Below are positions 13,651 through 27,520 of a DNA stretch of 64,000 bases, one piece after another. The stretch comes from Lytechinus pictus (taxonomy: Eukaryota): NCBI RefSeq assembly GCF_037042905.1, contig NC_087262.1, forward strand, positions 6,758,001-6,822,000, given 5' to 3'. Positions within the stretch are counted from its first letter, which is position 1; the number at the start of each line of letters is the position of its first letter. A model generated the notes under the pieces. The model was not told the origin of the DNA and searched no databases. It saw nothing but the letters and a program-made list of their open reading frames with translations. Position numbers and translations under genes: made by a program.

Positions 13651-15577
13651 GATGCTGCGACATTATCGGTTGTAACAGGCCCTACAACGCTGATAAAATA
13701 TACAGCTATCGATGATGATAATGATAATAAAAATGAACTGAAAATAAACCAAAATGAAATGAAGTGCTTTAAATGAAATGAAATGAAATAAAATATGAGA
13801 ATAAGTACGATCTGTATAGAAAAAAAAAAATGTTTAAAGAATAAGAGCCCGATAGGCTGCTCGAAGAGCTATGAAAGCTGAAAGGGGATTGAGGGAGAGG
13901 GGATTCTTCTTTTCATTTGGCAACCAGACATATTGACCATTTTCGCCATCATATATGTTCTTCGATTTTTGTTCCCCCATTTAGTTTATATAATGTTATC
14001 TTTGTTTTCGTTAGAGTTCATTTTTGTCTTTGATATACTGATCTGAATAACGATAATAATAACTATCATTATGATAAATAATAATAATCATCATTTTGAT
14101 TAAAAATAATTAGAAGAAGAAGAAGATATTTGAAGGACTCAAGAGAGACACATTTTTTCATGCCTTCGAGAAGTATTATGTATTCCACAAGGGGCGTGTT
14201 TGGGCAAAATATTTCCCCCAGGTTTTTTTTTATCATGCATCTTTGCAACATATCTATTTTTATTAGTGATCTCAAAAACATGAATCATGTTAGCTTCATA
14301 ACAAAAGTTTTACGAGGGGAGGTATCAGGATAATATTTCCCAGGGGCGGATCCAGGATTTTCCAAAAGGGGGGCACATTTTTCCCGAGGAAAATTTAAGA
14401 AGCCAAAAGTTAAGGACATTCCGTCCACGAAAAAATTAAACAAGCAAAAACAAAAAAGAAAGAGTTTCCACTTTCAAAGGGGAGGGGGGGCACACTTGTG
14501 TTTAAACGGCAATTTACATTAAAAATTTGTGCCTCTCAAATTTGTGCACGGCCGGCTGCCCCCCCCCCCCCTCCCTGGACCCACCAGTGATTTTTCCATT
14601 TTTTTTTTTTTTATATAAGACATCCGTCACTACTAAGGGTCGAAGTTTGTTGCTCTTTATTACCGAATGAAGGTTTATGGTATTTATCACGCTGTAATGA
14701 ATGTAAAGTTTCGTTTTGACTATAGTTTGGTGAGTAATAAATCCCCACAGCAAGCCTACCAAACTTAGGAAGGCGATGGGACATGATCACTTCCGAGATG
14801 ATCTTTCCTTCCTCTGGGCTTCAGAAATGCTGTGTGTAAGCAGGGCCCTGGGAGCGATTTGTTCACTGGGGGTGCTGATGTAAATTTGACAAGCAAAAAA
14901 CAAAGTTTCGCTCCAAAATGAAGGTCATTTTGGTCCCGAGAAATTCGACAAGCAAAAAAGAGGGGTTTCTGTACAAATTTAGGTCATTTTGGTTACATTT
15001 CTCCATTTCGTCACACCTTCCAGATTTTCTGGGTGTGCTGCCTATGGAAAATAATACACGCAGCACCCCCAAGGAAAATAATAGGGAGTGCTGCAGCACT
15101 AGTCTGCAGGCACATACCCTGATTGAAACTTTGATCAGCAAGTGTGTCTCCACGCAAGGGCTGGCACATACAAAACTCGCTGTTTCACTTCAGCGAGCGA
15201 GAGCGAGAGGGCCTTCAGTACACAAGGCATGAGTAGGCTGTGCATTCAGACCCTTAACTCGAGTGAAGGGTTTGCACAGCAGACTACTTCAGAACCCTCG
15301 CTTCCCAGTGTAAGTTAGTTCAAAGTCGACCACGATGAATGTTTTTTTTATGTTCACAGTTATATTTGTTCATTGTGACATAGAAAAAAAACACCAGGGA
15401 TATTGATTTGGGAGAATACAAAAAGGTATTGATCCAAAGTCTAGTGTCACAATACGCACACTTCCTGGTCATATGCGATTGTATTATGCCCACACAGCCA
15501 GTTTCATTTGATCGTCTCCTTTCACAAAAATCTTTGAACGCGAGTAGGTGCCATTATTGTGTGAACTGCTATTAACC

Positions 15578-18500
15578 ATGGCTTCAATTCTGGATGTTAT
15601 CATGTACATCGGTATAGGAAACCTACTGGCCGCCATCTCTTTATGTCTTCTCATCTTCTGGTATATCCGCACCAACTACTTGACCTCATTCTATTACCGT
15701 CTTCCTCCTGGACCCCCGGCCATTCCTCATCCTTTCGATGGTCTCATGGCATTGTTCCCTGTTAAGGATAGGTTTGGACGTTTGGTGCAACTCAATAAGA
15801 GGTCAGTTTCGTAATTCATTCAACTAGCATATCTTAGAGCAGTGGCGTAACTACGGGGGGGGGGGGGCATGGATGCACGTGCCCCCCAATCGGCTGGCCA
15901 AAAAAAAAAAAACGGGGAAAAGGAGAAAAAGATGGAGAAAGGGAGAGAAACGTAGTTGGAAAGAAGAAATTATTGTTAATTACAATGTTATATTATATTA
16001 TAATTATGTTATGTTTCAGATTCAGATTCATTTATTTCACACCTCTTTAAAATACAAAAATACATAAATACAAATAAAAATCTTATACGACAGAACAGAT
16101 ATTGACAAGTATAAAGTATAAGTAGTCATAAACAGATAGTAAAACACAGTAAATATAAACAATGATTTCCGCTGTACGGCGGATGTGGGGGAAAGACAGA
16201 AAGCCATTGGCCTATCGAGGTCTATCCCCCTGATTACCGTACAACAGGAAAAACAAAACAAACACAATGCAAGAAAGGGGATAACAGAGGAATTAAAATC
16301 CTAACTAACGGGGGAGAGGGGGGGGGGTGGCAGGCAAATGTTATATTACATTAAAAAAAATCATAACTTTATGAACCATAATTTGCTCAGGGCCTATGTC
16401 TCCATTGTTCCTGGTGCTCGCATTGTCTGTTTAACAAGATGTATAATCATGTTGTACTAAAACCTCCCGTTTTCAAGTCAATATATACCAAATATATTTC
16501 CTCACACTTCGAATTATTGTTTTATGTAGTGACATATACTTCTTTTTCATGACTACTTAGAGTGATTGCCCCATTTTAAGGTATTGATATAAAACATTTC
16601 ATGTCCGTGTTTACGTTCGCATTAGTGGATTGTTGAGATATGTCTGCTCTTCATGAATTCCTAAAATCAGTCCTTAAAATGTCCCTTTTTCTGATCTGAA
16701 TATCAAAAAATTTCAGCTTGCACTTCGCGCTCGCATCATTTGGTTAGTGAAATACGCATGGTCTTCGTGAATTCCTACAAGCAAGCCTTAGAATGCTCCT
16801 CTTCAGGTCTGAATTTCTTGAATTTTCTGCTCGCGCTTCGCGCTCTCAATATTTGTTTAGTGAGATGCGTATGATAATCATGATTACAATGACTACAAAA
16901 AGTGCTTCATGTGTTTATATGTAATTCTAACAAAATCAGCAAGCACTTGGCACTCGCATTTAGATGACTATAGTGAGATATGTATACTCTTAAAGGTCAA
17001 GTCTACCTCAGAAAAAATGTTGATTTGAATCAATAGAGAAAAATCAGACAAGCATATAAGGCTGAAAATTTCATCAAAATCGAATAGGAAAATAGGAAAG
17101 TTATGACAATTTAAACTTTCTCTTATTTTTCACAAAATAGTTATATGCACAATCTAGTCACATGCAAATGAGAGAATCGATTATGTCCCTCACTCACTAT
17201 TTATTTTGTTTTTTATTGTTTGAATTATACAATATTTCAATTTTTACAGATTTGACAATAAAGACAAACTTGACTGAAACATAAAATGTTAAACAATGGT
17301 AATTCCACATGTTCAGGGCGAAACAAAACTTCGTTTCACAGGACAATGAGGAGAAAATTATAATATTTCATACACTAAAATACAAAAGAGATAGTGAGTG
17401 AGTGGTGTCACCAGTTCCGTCATTTGCATACTGACCAGGATGTGAATATAATTATTTTCTGAAATTAAGCGAAACTTATAAATGTCATAACTTTCTTATT
17501 TTACATGCGATTTTGATGAAATTTTCTGTCTTGTGCTTGTTGGATTTTTCTCTTTTTATTCAAATCCACTTTTTGTTGGGGTGGACTTGTCCTTTAATGG
17601 ATTCCTAAAATATTGAGTTTTGTCCCGGTCGTTTGTGCTATGATTTCATCATCCTAGAGGTTCAGTTTGTTCAAACGTTAAAGGACAAGTCCACCCCAAC
17701 AAAAACTTGATTCGAATAAAAAGAGAAAAATTCAACAAGCATAACACTGAAAATTTCATCAAAATCGGATGTAAAATAAGAAAGTTATGACATTTTAAAG
17801 TTTCGCTTCATTTCACAAAAGAGTTATATGCACATCCCGGTCGGTATGCAAATGAGGGAACTGATGACATCACTCACTCACTATTTCTTTTGTATTTTAT
17901 TATATGAATTATGAAGTATTTTGATTTTCTCGTCATTGTCATGTGAAATGAAGTTTCATTCCTCCCTGAATACGTGGAATTCCATTATTTTAACATGTTG
18001 TGGTTCAGGCAAGGAGGTCCTAATCGTCAAATTCGTAAAAATTGAAATATTGTATAATTCAAACAATAAAAAACAAAAGAAATAGTGAGTGAGTGACATC
18101 ATCGACTCTCTAATTTGGATGTAACTGGCTCGTTCATATAACTATTTTGTTAAAAAATAGCGAAAATTTGAAATGTCATAACTTTCTTATTTTGCATCCG
18201 ATTTTGATGAAATTTTCAGCATTGTGCTTGTCTGATTTTTCTCTATTGATTCAAATCAACATTTTGTTGGGGTGGACTTGACCTTTAAAGTCTTACAGCT
18301 CATAATGCATTTAGCATACCTTTACTTTCCATTTGCAGATATGGTGACATTGTTTGTCTCCAGCTTGGCTCCAAAATCATGACCATGATTTCCAGCCCAG
18401 GTCTGATTAAAGAACTTCTGGTCAAACAAGCCGATGTTACTTCTAACAGACTACCACCTCCGTTCTTTACTCATGTCATAGATTATACAGGTATCTGCTA

Positions 18501-21500
18501 TTTTTCACGATTTGGTTTTCAGTGTTCACTCTTTCGTGTTACATGGAAATACTATTTTCATAACTGTATTCGCAACATATTTGTTCACCTTGTAAGCCTT
18601 CACAATTCAATGCTCTCTTTATTCGCAGTTCTATATATAACTAAGCAATCATGTTTCGTTATTTCATTGTAGCAGCGATGTCATTATGACTTAAAACTCA
18701 AAATTGGGTTGTTCAGAAGGCATCTTATTGCTTTCTGGACAATGCCACATTTCTTAGGTGTCACGGGGGTGTTGTCCAGGGTATTCCAGTGTAGCACTGG
18801 CCAGCCAGGGGGAGGTGTACAGCACTCAAATGGCCGAAACATCAGTGATCCCTGGGTCCCGTCTTATACAGAGAGTTACGATTGATCCGATTTACGATTG
18901 TTCCAATCAATCGTAACTCTATGGAAATCCATCCGTGTCATATTTGTTTCTACAGGAAATGTGCAAAATGTTCTTTGTAAACAAAGGAGAACACATCGAA
19001 CTGTCAAGAAATCAATAAATTTATGGATATTCATTCATATCTAGAAACAAATTTGAGCAAACATGCATTTTATATGTTGACTTTGCTGGCTTTCCATAGT
19101 TGCGATTGATCGGATCAATCGTAACTCTTTGAGACGGGCCCCAGGTGTGCTGTTGATGACCCGTTGACATCTGCGGAATTTAAGATCTTTCCGTATTTTC
19201 TACTATAGACAGTTGGGCTTAAGAACCAGTTATTGATCGATGCGGTGCTTTATTTCTATACAATGGTTCAAAGTCCCTTTTTTCTTTTCTGATTATTAAG
19301 GGGGCATCATATTCACTGACGGGGAACCGTGGCAAGAACTCCGTAGATTTAGTCTCTCTGCTCTCCGGAACTTCGGCATGGGTCGGAAAGGCATCGAGTC
19401 ACGGATACAGGAAGAGGCACACACCCTCTGTAATGCGTTTTCCCAACAATCGGGAGAAGCGTTCGACGCTATGCATTTTACCAATGCAGCCGTATCCAAC
19501 ATCATCTGCAGTATCACCTTCGGCAGGCGATTGGAGTATGATGATCCTGTCTTCATTGACATGATCCAGAGACTTAGAAACCTTACAGGAGGAATGGGGA
19601 TAACCCCTATCATTCGTGAGCTCATTGGAAGATTCCCCATTCTCCTCAAGACTCCTATATTAAAGATGCCCAAAGAAAACATATTGGGCATAAAGGTAAG
19701 GAGAAAAAAAGTCAGCGGTCGTACCTCTATCTGTTTAGATATAGATAAAACACCAAATTGTCACCAAAAAATATATATATAAAATTCACATTTCCTAAAT
19801 ACAGTAATGAAACAATGACATACAGGCATCAGCCCTTGTGTGATTTCTACTGAACATACGAAGAAATGTTCTCTCAATTGTTGATCGTTGCATGGGTCGT
19901 GATTAGGGAGGGGGCAGTGTGATGTGCCTCTGAAAACAGTTCGAGTTTATGTAGTAGTCTATTTCGGGACAGGACCGTCTTGCCCCGCCGCCACTAAAAA
20001 GGACTTCATTTATAATCTGGAGATCGTTAATACCATGTTTGAAACAATGGACCGTGTACAATCAACTTCGAATCATCCAATCTTTTTTTTTTATTCAGAA
20101 CTTCATCAACGCAGAGGTGAGAGAACACGTTGAGAGCTACGACTCTACAGACATCCGGGACATCATTGATATGTACCTGGCAGAAGCAGATCGATTGGAG
20201 GAAATCAAGGCCACCAAACCGTACCTAACTAAAGACGACATCTGGATGTGTGTTTTCGATCTGTTCTTCGCAGGAACCGAGACGACATCTTCGTCATTAC
20301 TTTGGTTTATTCTCGTTATGGCAAGCAAACCCGATGTACAAGATAAGGTAAACAACCCCCACAAAACACACACACCCATGCACACACAAGTAGTGCATGT
20401 TTGCATTGCCAACATGTTCTTCAAAAGCATCCTAAAGAATGAAGAATGAATAATGGATGTAACCCATTCTTCATTATTCATACGATTTACCTTTGATTTA
20501 CAATTTATTATGACTAGTATGATAATTGTATCAACCGGTGAATTATCGGTTGGGAATCTGTGATATGACCATGGAAATAATGATTGATCATGGTTTGATG
20601 CACATATTTCTTTTGTATTGCTTGTCCTCAAACTTGTCTCTGCTTGAGGATAGGCCTACGATCATTAAAGGTATTGTTTAACTTTGTGAGCAGCCGATTT
20701 AAAAAATTCTCAAACCAAGATGAAACATGTGTACAAGTGCATGTATTAGAACTGATAAACCCTGAAAACAACCATTATTGAGAATGAAAAGCTAAAACTA
20801 CAAGGCAAACCCCGATTTTGTAAATAGGCGTCTTATAGACGCCTAAATAGTACACATAAGTGTATGGGATGAAATTAAGATGGTGTTTTCGGTCACTTTA
20901 TATTTCAATTTTTGAAGCACTAAATAATTATTTTCGAATGCAATTTTTTCTGGGCTTCATTTTTGTAACATATCACAGACACAGGTGACAAGTGTGACCT
21001 TCTAGCTCAGATTTTTTAAAAGTCAAGCCAATGTTAACCAATCACTTTAACCGCTGTCCATCTTCAACACATTCACTTCACCGATTTCTTATATTGAGTA
21101 GGTCTCTGTTACATCTCTGTTGGAAACCATTTATTGTTATGGTTGCTATTGAATGTTTCCTATAAATAGAGGTTAACTCGATCCATTCTATTTTACTGTT
21201 TTATATTCTTGATCTGATGTTTGTATTCTTTGTCATTATTATTGCTGATCGTACATTATTTCTGCACATGTTTTTATTGTGATTTTCTATTCATTGTACT
21301 ATGTCACAATCACTGTTATGTAAAACAGCCTCTGTACTGATTGTTTTTATCCTGTTTAAATATGTTTCAATAAATAGAAAAATAAGTAGATAAATACATA
21401 AGCAGATAAATAAATGAATAAATAAATACATATATAAATAATAAATAAACAAATTAATAAATCAATAAATATTACCACTTGGTAAATTCTCAGTTCGTCA

Positions 21501-24015
21501 AACTTCTATTGGTATAAAATCATTTCATCTACAACCAGTACGTCTGTCATCCATTTCTTCCAATTCTTCAAGTTAGAACATGTAAACTGTGGATATGGAG
21601 GCAGAATTGGAGTTAGTAGCCCAACCAACCATTACCTCAAGTGCAAATTAGACAAAACAAAGTGATATTTTAATAATTAGACTAACTGGCTGTTAGACTA
21701 AATGGAAATAGACGAGGAGGTGATAGATGAACTGAAAATTAAACCCAATGCATTATCAAACCAAATGAAATGAGAACTGGACGAACAGGTATAAGACCAA
21801 ATGCAATACACCAAGTGGCAATAAAATACATTAGACGAAATGAAAATTAGACCAAGTGACGATTAGTGGCCATTAGAGCAAGCGGCTATTAGACCAAGTG
21901 GTATGTAGAATAGATGAGAAATGGAATAAGTGGGTTTAGCCTGAATGTTGTTAGCCCATCTGAAGATTTAGACCAAGTGGTATGTAGACCAGATGAGAAG
22001 TGGACTAAGTGGGTTTAGCCTGAATGTTGTTAGCCCATCTGAATATTAGACCAAGTGGTATGTAGACCAGATGAAAAGTGGACTAAGTGAGTTTAGCCTG
22101 AATGTTAGCCCATCTGAATATTAGACCAAGTGGTATGTAGACCAGATGAAAAGTGGACTAAGTGAGTTTAGCCTGAATGTTGTTAGCCCATATGGATATT
22201 AGACCAAGTGGTATGTAGACCAGATGAGAAGTGGACTAAGTGAGCTTAGCCTGAATGTTGTTAGCCCATCTGAAGATTAGACCAAGTGGTATGTAGACCA
22301 GATGAGAAGTGGACTAAGTGGGTTTAGCCTGAAATGCTGTTGGCCCATCTGAAGATTAGACCAAGTGGTATGTAGACCAAATGAGAAATGGACTAACTGG
22401 GTTTAGCCTGAATGTTGTTAGCCCATCTGGAGATTAGACCAAGTGGTTTTAGATCAAGAGTCAGTGAACCTATAAACCCAGCATTATATACGAAATACCT
22501 TTCTGTAAGCTCTCCTGCAAATTTGATCTCAATCAGTCCGTGCATGATAAAAGATAATTCTGTGATGTGGAGGATTTGTTTTAAGATTGCAACTTTGCAG
22601 TTTCGTTCGTAAAATGTGATAGATTGACTGGTTGTTTTCCTTTTACCATGGACCTACTATGCTTTTACATAATTACACATTATTATAACGACCACCGTTT
22701 TCATGATGATTTATAACTTATAATTTATGACAGGTGATGAGTGAGATCGATCGTGTCGTAGGTCGGGAGAGGGCGCCGTGCTTCGACGATCGCAAGGACC
22801 TGCCGTATGTCGACGCAACTATAACAGAGGTCCTCCGGTTTCGACCTGTTGCGCCGGTTGGCGTGGGACATGTGACCGCCAAAGACGTCAAAATCAGGGA
22901 ATACACCATTCCAAAACATACAGAGATTTTTATCAATATCCTTGCTATTCACCTGGATCCAAATCTATGGGACAAACCAGAGGAGTTTGACCCTGAACGT
23001 TTCCTGGGGGAAGATGGGAAGATTGTTCTCAAACAGGATGCATTCACTGTATTCGGAGCAGGTAAAAATAAATTTGCTGACTTCAGATCACTTATCATTC
23101 ATTAGGAAAACGCAAATTCATAGGACCTATTCATTACTTCTATGCCTATAACAATAATGATGATGATGATGATAATAATGATAATAGGACAGTTTTTGTA
23201 TAGCGCATTACACCTTACAAAGGTCTCAATGCGCTTTAGGAAAAAGAAGAAAAGCTGCTGGTAAATGCTTTGATAATATTATTTTCATTGGTTTCAATAA
23301 ATATGATTTCAAGGCAGATTTAAATGTCCCAATTGTATCAACTTGCCTTAAATTATGTGGTATACTATTCCAGAGTTCCGGCGCTGCGTGCGCAAACCCC
23401 CGTTCGCCATAAGACTTTGTCTTAACAACAGTCCTTTTTGTTGGTAAGGAGACCTGTAGTATCATCTCTATACCTGAAAGAATGGGGGAATAGATAGACC
23501 TTTACTTCTCATGCTGCTAGGTATTCTTGTCAGTCATCTGGGGAGTGTTTCATCAACATTTTCATCCGACAAGTTGTCAGATCTGACATCTTTCTCTGAT
23601 GTTGATTGGTTGAGAGGTACTGTTACTATGGTAACTGTCGGATAAAATGGGACTTGTCGGATAAAACGTCCGACAAGTCCTTTCATGAAACGCTCCCCCG
23701 AAGTGACAAGACGCAGAAAAAGATGCTACTCTGATGCTTGTGCAATACTTCAAAACACATAACATGTTTCCATGACAACTGGTTTGGCTCATTGACTTTT
23801 ATCATTCTGTTGCTATTCTATTTCATTTATTGTCAGGTCGACGTGTGTGCCTTGGGGAACAACTGGCCCGGATGGAATTTTTCCTCTTCGCGACAACCCT
23901 CATGCAGCGATTTCGATTTCAATTACCTGAAGGCGATTCAGCTGACTTTGGCTTTGAACATTGTCTTGGTACCATTGCACCCAAGAGATATAAAGTCTTG
24001 GCCCATGAACGATAG
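15578..24015 (+). CDS. Cytochrome P450, CYP2 clan (CYP2J/2U-like), 6 exons, 508 aa
   Basis: Exons 15578-15801, 18339-18490, 19301-19695, 20099-20347, 22734-23061, 23837-24015 join in frame (1527 nt). N-terminal TM anchor plus PPGPPAIP hinge, WQELR (C-helix), LRNFGMG, AGTETT (I-helix), EVLR (K-helix), PERF, heme motif FGAGRRVCLG. Confidence 0.95.
16994..17593. mobile_element. TTAA-target (Kolobok-like) MITE, copy 1
   Basis: TTAA|AGGTCAAGTC...GACTTGTCCT|TTAA. Confidence 0.85.
17682..18284. mobile_element. TTAA-target (Kolobok-like) MITE, copy 2, opposite orientation
   Basis: TTAA|AGGACAAGTCCACCCC...GGGGTGGACTTGACCT|TTAA. Further copies at 27748-28480 (with a nested MITE at about 28188-28317) and about 12470-12783 (partial). 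Confidence 0.85.
20669..21046. mobile_element. TTAA-flanked MITE
   Basis: TTAA|AGGTATTGTTTAAC...GTTAACCAATCACT|TTAA; partial copy at about 6565-6700. Confidence 0.65.
21888..22450. repeat. 78-bp tandem minisatellite, about 7 copies, in CYP intron 4
   Basis: Unit TTAGACCAAGTGGTATGTAGACCAGATGAGAAGTGGACTAAGTGGGTTTAGCCTGAATGTTGTTAGCCCATCTGAAGA. Confidence 0.92.
23190..23465 (-). mobile_element. L2/CR1-group LINE 3' fragment
   Basis: YGERGFAHAAPELWNSIPHNLRQVDTIGTFKSALKSYL C-terminal ORF2 motif, an AAGCGCATTGAG stem-loop region and a microsatellite tail. A similar fragment is at about 43235-43490 (-). Confidence 0.75.
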
Positions 24016-24102
24016 TTCTATAGTTTTTTTTTATTTTTTATCTTTACAAAGACTCTTGTGCAATTGTGGCAGTTCGTATTTCTCCGTTTCCTCATGGGGT
24101 AA

Positions 24103-25183
24103 AAGCCCCCTCACACCTGACCGAATGTAGGCAGACGAAGGGTGACAAATGGGGAAAATACACGCGAATTCAACGAATTTAAATAAAATTTCCGTCAAAT
24201 CTTGCGATCAGTATCTATTGTCAAATTTTATCAACGAACGGTAAGCGAAGGATAAATATGACATGCAAAGGATGTCGATTTTCAGTCACCTCTTTGAGTA
24301 AATTGCAGCAGAATGCGAGCGAAGGGATTGATATAACCCAATAAGACGAACGAACAGTGAGCAATGGTTTGTTATGGCGTGCGATTAGAAACGAAGACGA
24401 GGGAATAGATCGGGCGTTCTTGTACGTTTGTGTCATCGTGTTGCTTCGTTAAGGGTTCTTTCGAGATCGGTCCACTTTGGCAAAAGCGCGATGAGGGACT
24501 ATGCGCGTCAATAACACACGAGCGATAAACGAACGATTACCGCAGACTAAATAAGAGATGCGAATTCAAACAGATCGTCGGCGGTCTTCCGAACCGTCGT
24601 ATCACACATACGACGGTGCAAACCCATTTCAGAGAAAATCGACTTCAAAGTTTACTCTAATTTTCACACTTAGTTCCCCAGCCTTACAGCATATTCATTG
24701 CTAGAAAAATACATGGTTGGAAAGACCAAGACAATTGCTTGACGATGGTATCCTTATTTTTACACAAAAGTAAGGATCAGATAAAATATCGCAAAAGAGC
24801 TACATGCTTGTAATTTCGGTTCGAGCGGTTTAGATTTCTCCCGTACAAAAACGCCATAGGGAATACAACCCTGACCGCGATTTCAATGCGCGCGGTCAGT
24901 CAAAACGTCGTATCGCTTTTCACGTGCAAAGTCAATGCAGTGCAGATGGCCGATACGACAGTTTGGCTGACCGCGCGCATTGAAACCGCGGTCAGTCAAA
25001 ACGTCGTATCGCTCTGTTATAGTACACGTTTCCAATGGGATATGCGCATTTTATTAACAAAATGTATGGCATCGCCGTAGAAATCCTCTCATACCTCAGA
25101 AAATAAAATAAATTGCTGCCTAGAAATCTAGTTATGAGAAGATTAGGACTTGTACTTTAATTTTCTGCAAAAATCTCAAAATC

Positions 25184-25230
<47 letters not shown>

Positions 25231-25495
25231 CAAAATTGACTGATACGACGGTTCGGATGACCGCCGAGGAGATGACCAACGATTTTTCAATTCTTTCCCG
25301 AAATTTTAAACATGTTCAACATTTCCGCGCGAATTTGAATAATCGCAGCTGTTAGTTCAGAAGGTGGACGAACCCAAACACGAAGGGTAAATATGATTTA
25401 CTATCAGTAACCATTGAAAACGATTTTCAAAAAATGCCTCTCGCCAGCCATCGCAAGGCATATTTCAGGCAATTCGGTTAGGTGTGAGGGGGCCT
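24103..25495. mobile_element. PIF/Harbinger-like non-autonomous element (TAA TSD) just 3' of the CYP stop
   Basis: TAA|AAGCCCCCTCACACCTGACCGAAT...ATTCGGTTAGGTGTGAGGGGGCCT|TAA. Confidence 0.75.
24576..25269. mobile_element. Nested MITE with 4-bp AGAT TSD
   Basis: AGAT|CGTCGGCGGTCTTCCGAACCGTCGTATCA...TGATACGACGGTTCGGATGACCGCCGAGG|AGAT; internal GTCAGTCAAAACGTCGTATCG repeats. Confidence 0.8.
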
Positions 25496-26926
25496 TAAGT
25501 TATGCTGCTGAAGAACGTAACCGAAGATCACACAAGTGCATGAACATTATACCGATATGAACTATGCATACACTAAAATCGTGGACTTGTCAAATTTCAA
25601 TCAACAATGATAGGGAGTATAAAGAGGAATATATGAGAAGCTTTCTTTCATAAGGCGAGACAATATAGGCGCCGCCTTTCCGACGGCGGCGTCAACATGA
25701 AATCATAACCTAAGGTTAAGTTTATGAAATGACATCATAACTTAGAAAATATATGGACCTAGTTCATTAAACTTGGATATAAGGTTAATCAAGTATTACT
25801 GAACATCCTGCCTTGGTTTCAGGTCACATGATCAAGGTCAAATGTCACTTAGGGTCAATGAACTTTGTGCATATTGGGGGTATTTGTTGAATTTCCATCG
25901 TAAACTTTGAATGTTTATGGAGCTAGTTCATAAAACTGGGACATAAAGAGTAATCAAGTATTACTGAACATCCTGTGCGAGTTTCATGTCACATGACTAA
26001 GGTCGAAGGTCATTTAAGGTCGATGAACTGTGACCATGTTGTGGGCAATTATTGAATTGCAATGTAACTTTGAAAGTTTATGAATATAGTTAATGAAATG
26101 TGGACATAGGGGTAATCCAGTATCATTGCTCATCTTGCACAAGTCTTAGGTCACTTGATCAATGTCAAATGTCATTTAGGGTCAATGAACGTAGTAGTAT
26201 ATTATTATACAAATGGTGTTTTGTGTTAATGATTATTTTATAGTCATTTTCAAAGTAGCACTGCTGCTATTAATACAGGCGAGACTCCAAGAGGCACTCC
26301 ACTTATTTTGCCTCGCTCTCGCTTTTTTCTTTATGCTGGCTTCCAATTTTACGGGGTACACCTCCCCCCCCCCCCCCCCCCGATTTGCGCATGAAGTATT
26401 GTTTATCACTACTCAATTTAGGGAGAGTTGAAATGCGGGTCAGTGCTGATTAGATTATATATAATTCAATTTAATTTTTAAGGATATTTTTTTTATATAT
26501 TTGTTTATGATTCACATTTGAGGATCAGCTCAAACACTGACATCAAAATATATTTGAAACAAAATGAGGGCCGGAAAAAAATATCCGAAGTACGTCCCCA
26601 TTATGCTGAAGAGACGCTAACTAAAAATATGTCAACATTCAAACATTAGCATTCATGTATAATAAATATCATTACTATCTTGCTGTATAAATAAGTATAT
26701 GTGTTGAAGTGTTTAAAATGTCATCAAACATCACCTAAAGGGCGACTCGGCTGATTTCATGTTCAAACGAGACAATAAGAATTTAATATGTAGTCCAACA
26801 ATGAAAAAAATGAAAAGAGGCATAACTTGTATAGTATGTGTATGTACAGAATGGGATGAACTTTATTTAGGCTCACTGCTGGTAAACAGAATGCTGAATA
26901 TAAGCTTCACCTTGTCGATATTAAAG

Positions 26927-27520
26927 CGGAATGAAACCTTTGGCACAAGTGGGCTTGTGTGGAAAGAGAAAAAATCAAAGAATAAGATCAAAGAAACTTT
27001 GAGAAAAGTCAGACAATAATGAGAAAGTTAAGAGCATTTGAATATTGCGATCACTAATGTTATGGAGATCCTCCCATTGGCAATGCGACAAAGATGTGTG
27101 ATGTCCAGCTACGTTTAATCCACCTCTATGGTGATGTCACATGTGAAAACTATGAAATGCCCCCCAAATGTCTCTTTTTGCTCTTAAGATGATACAAACT
27201 CTTATCCATAATGTATTCTTGGAAAATCTGTATTACATGCCCTCTTATAGAAAGAATACATGATCTACTGATAGATGTGATAAAAGAGGCAGTTTAAGTG
27301 AATTATATACAAAAGCAATGGCAAAGTTGTTCACAATCATGTGACATCAAACATCTTTGTCGCATTGCCAATGGGAGGATCTACATTACAATAAGGACCT
27401 AAACTTCAAATGCTCATAACATTCTTAATATTTACTCATTTTTTCTCAAACTTCCGTTGATCTGTTTCTTTGATTTTTCTGTTTTCGCACAAGCTATATA
27501 ATTCCAAAGGTTATATTTTC
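26927..27520. mobile_element. Dispersed MITE family with internal inverted GGAGATCCTCCCATTGGCAATGCGAC motif
   Basis: Second copy at about 49760-50330. Confidence 0.7.

Noticed and set aside
19296-20631. Antisense ORFs of 131 and 164 aa
   Set aside because: They are shadow frames of CYP exons 3 and 4 with no independent features.
21888-22450. CRISPR-like array or coding repeat
   Set aside because: Units are tandem with no unique spacers, the context is a eukaryotic intron, and no long ORF spans it.
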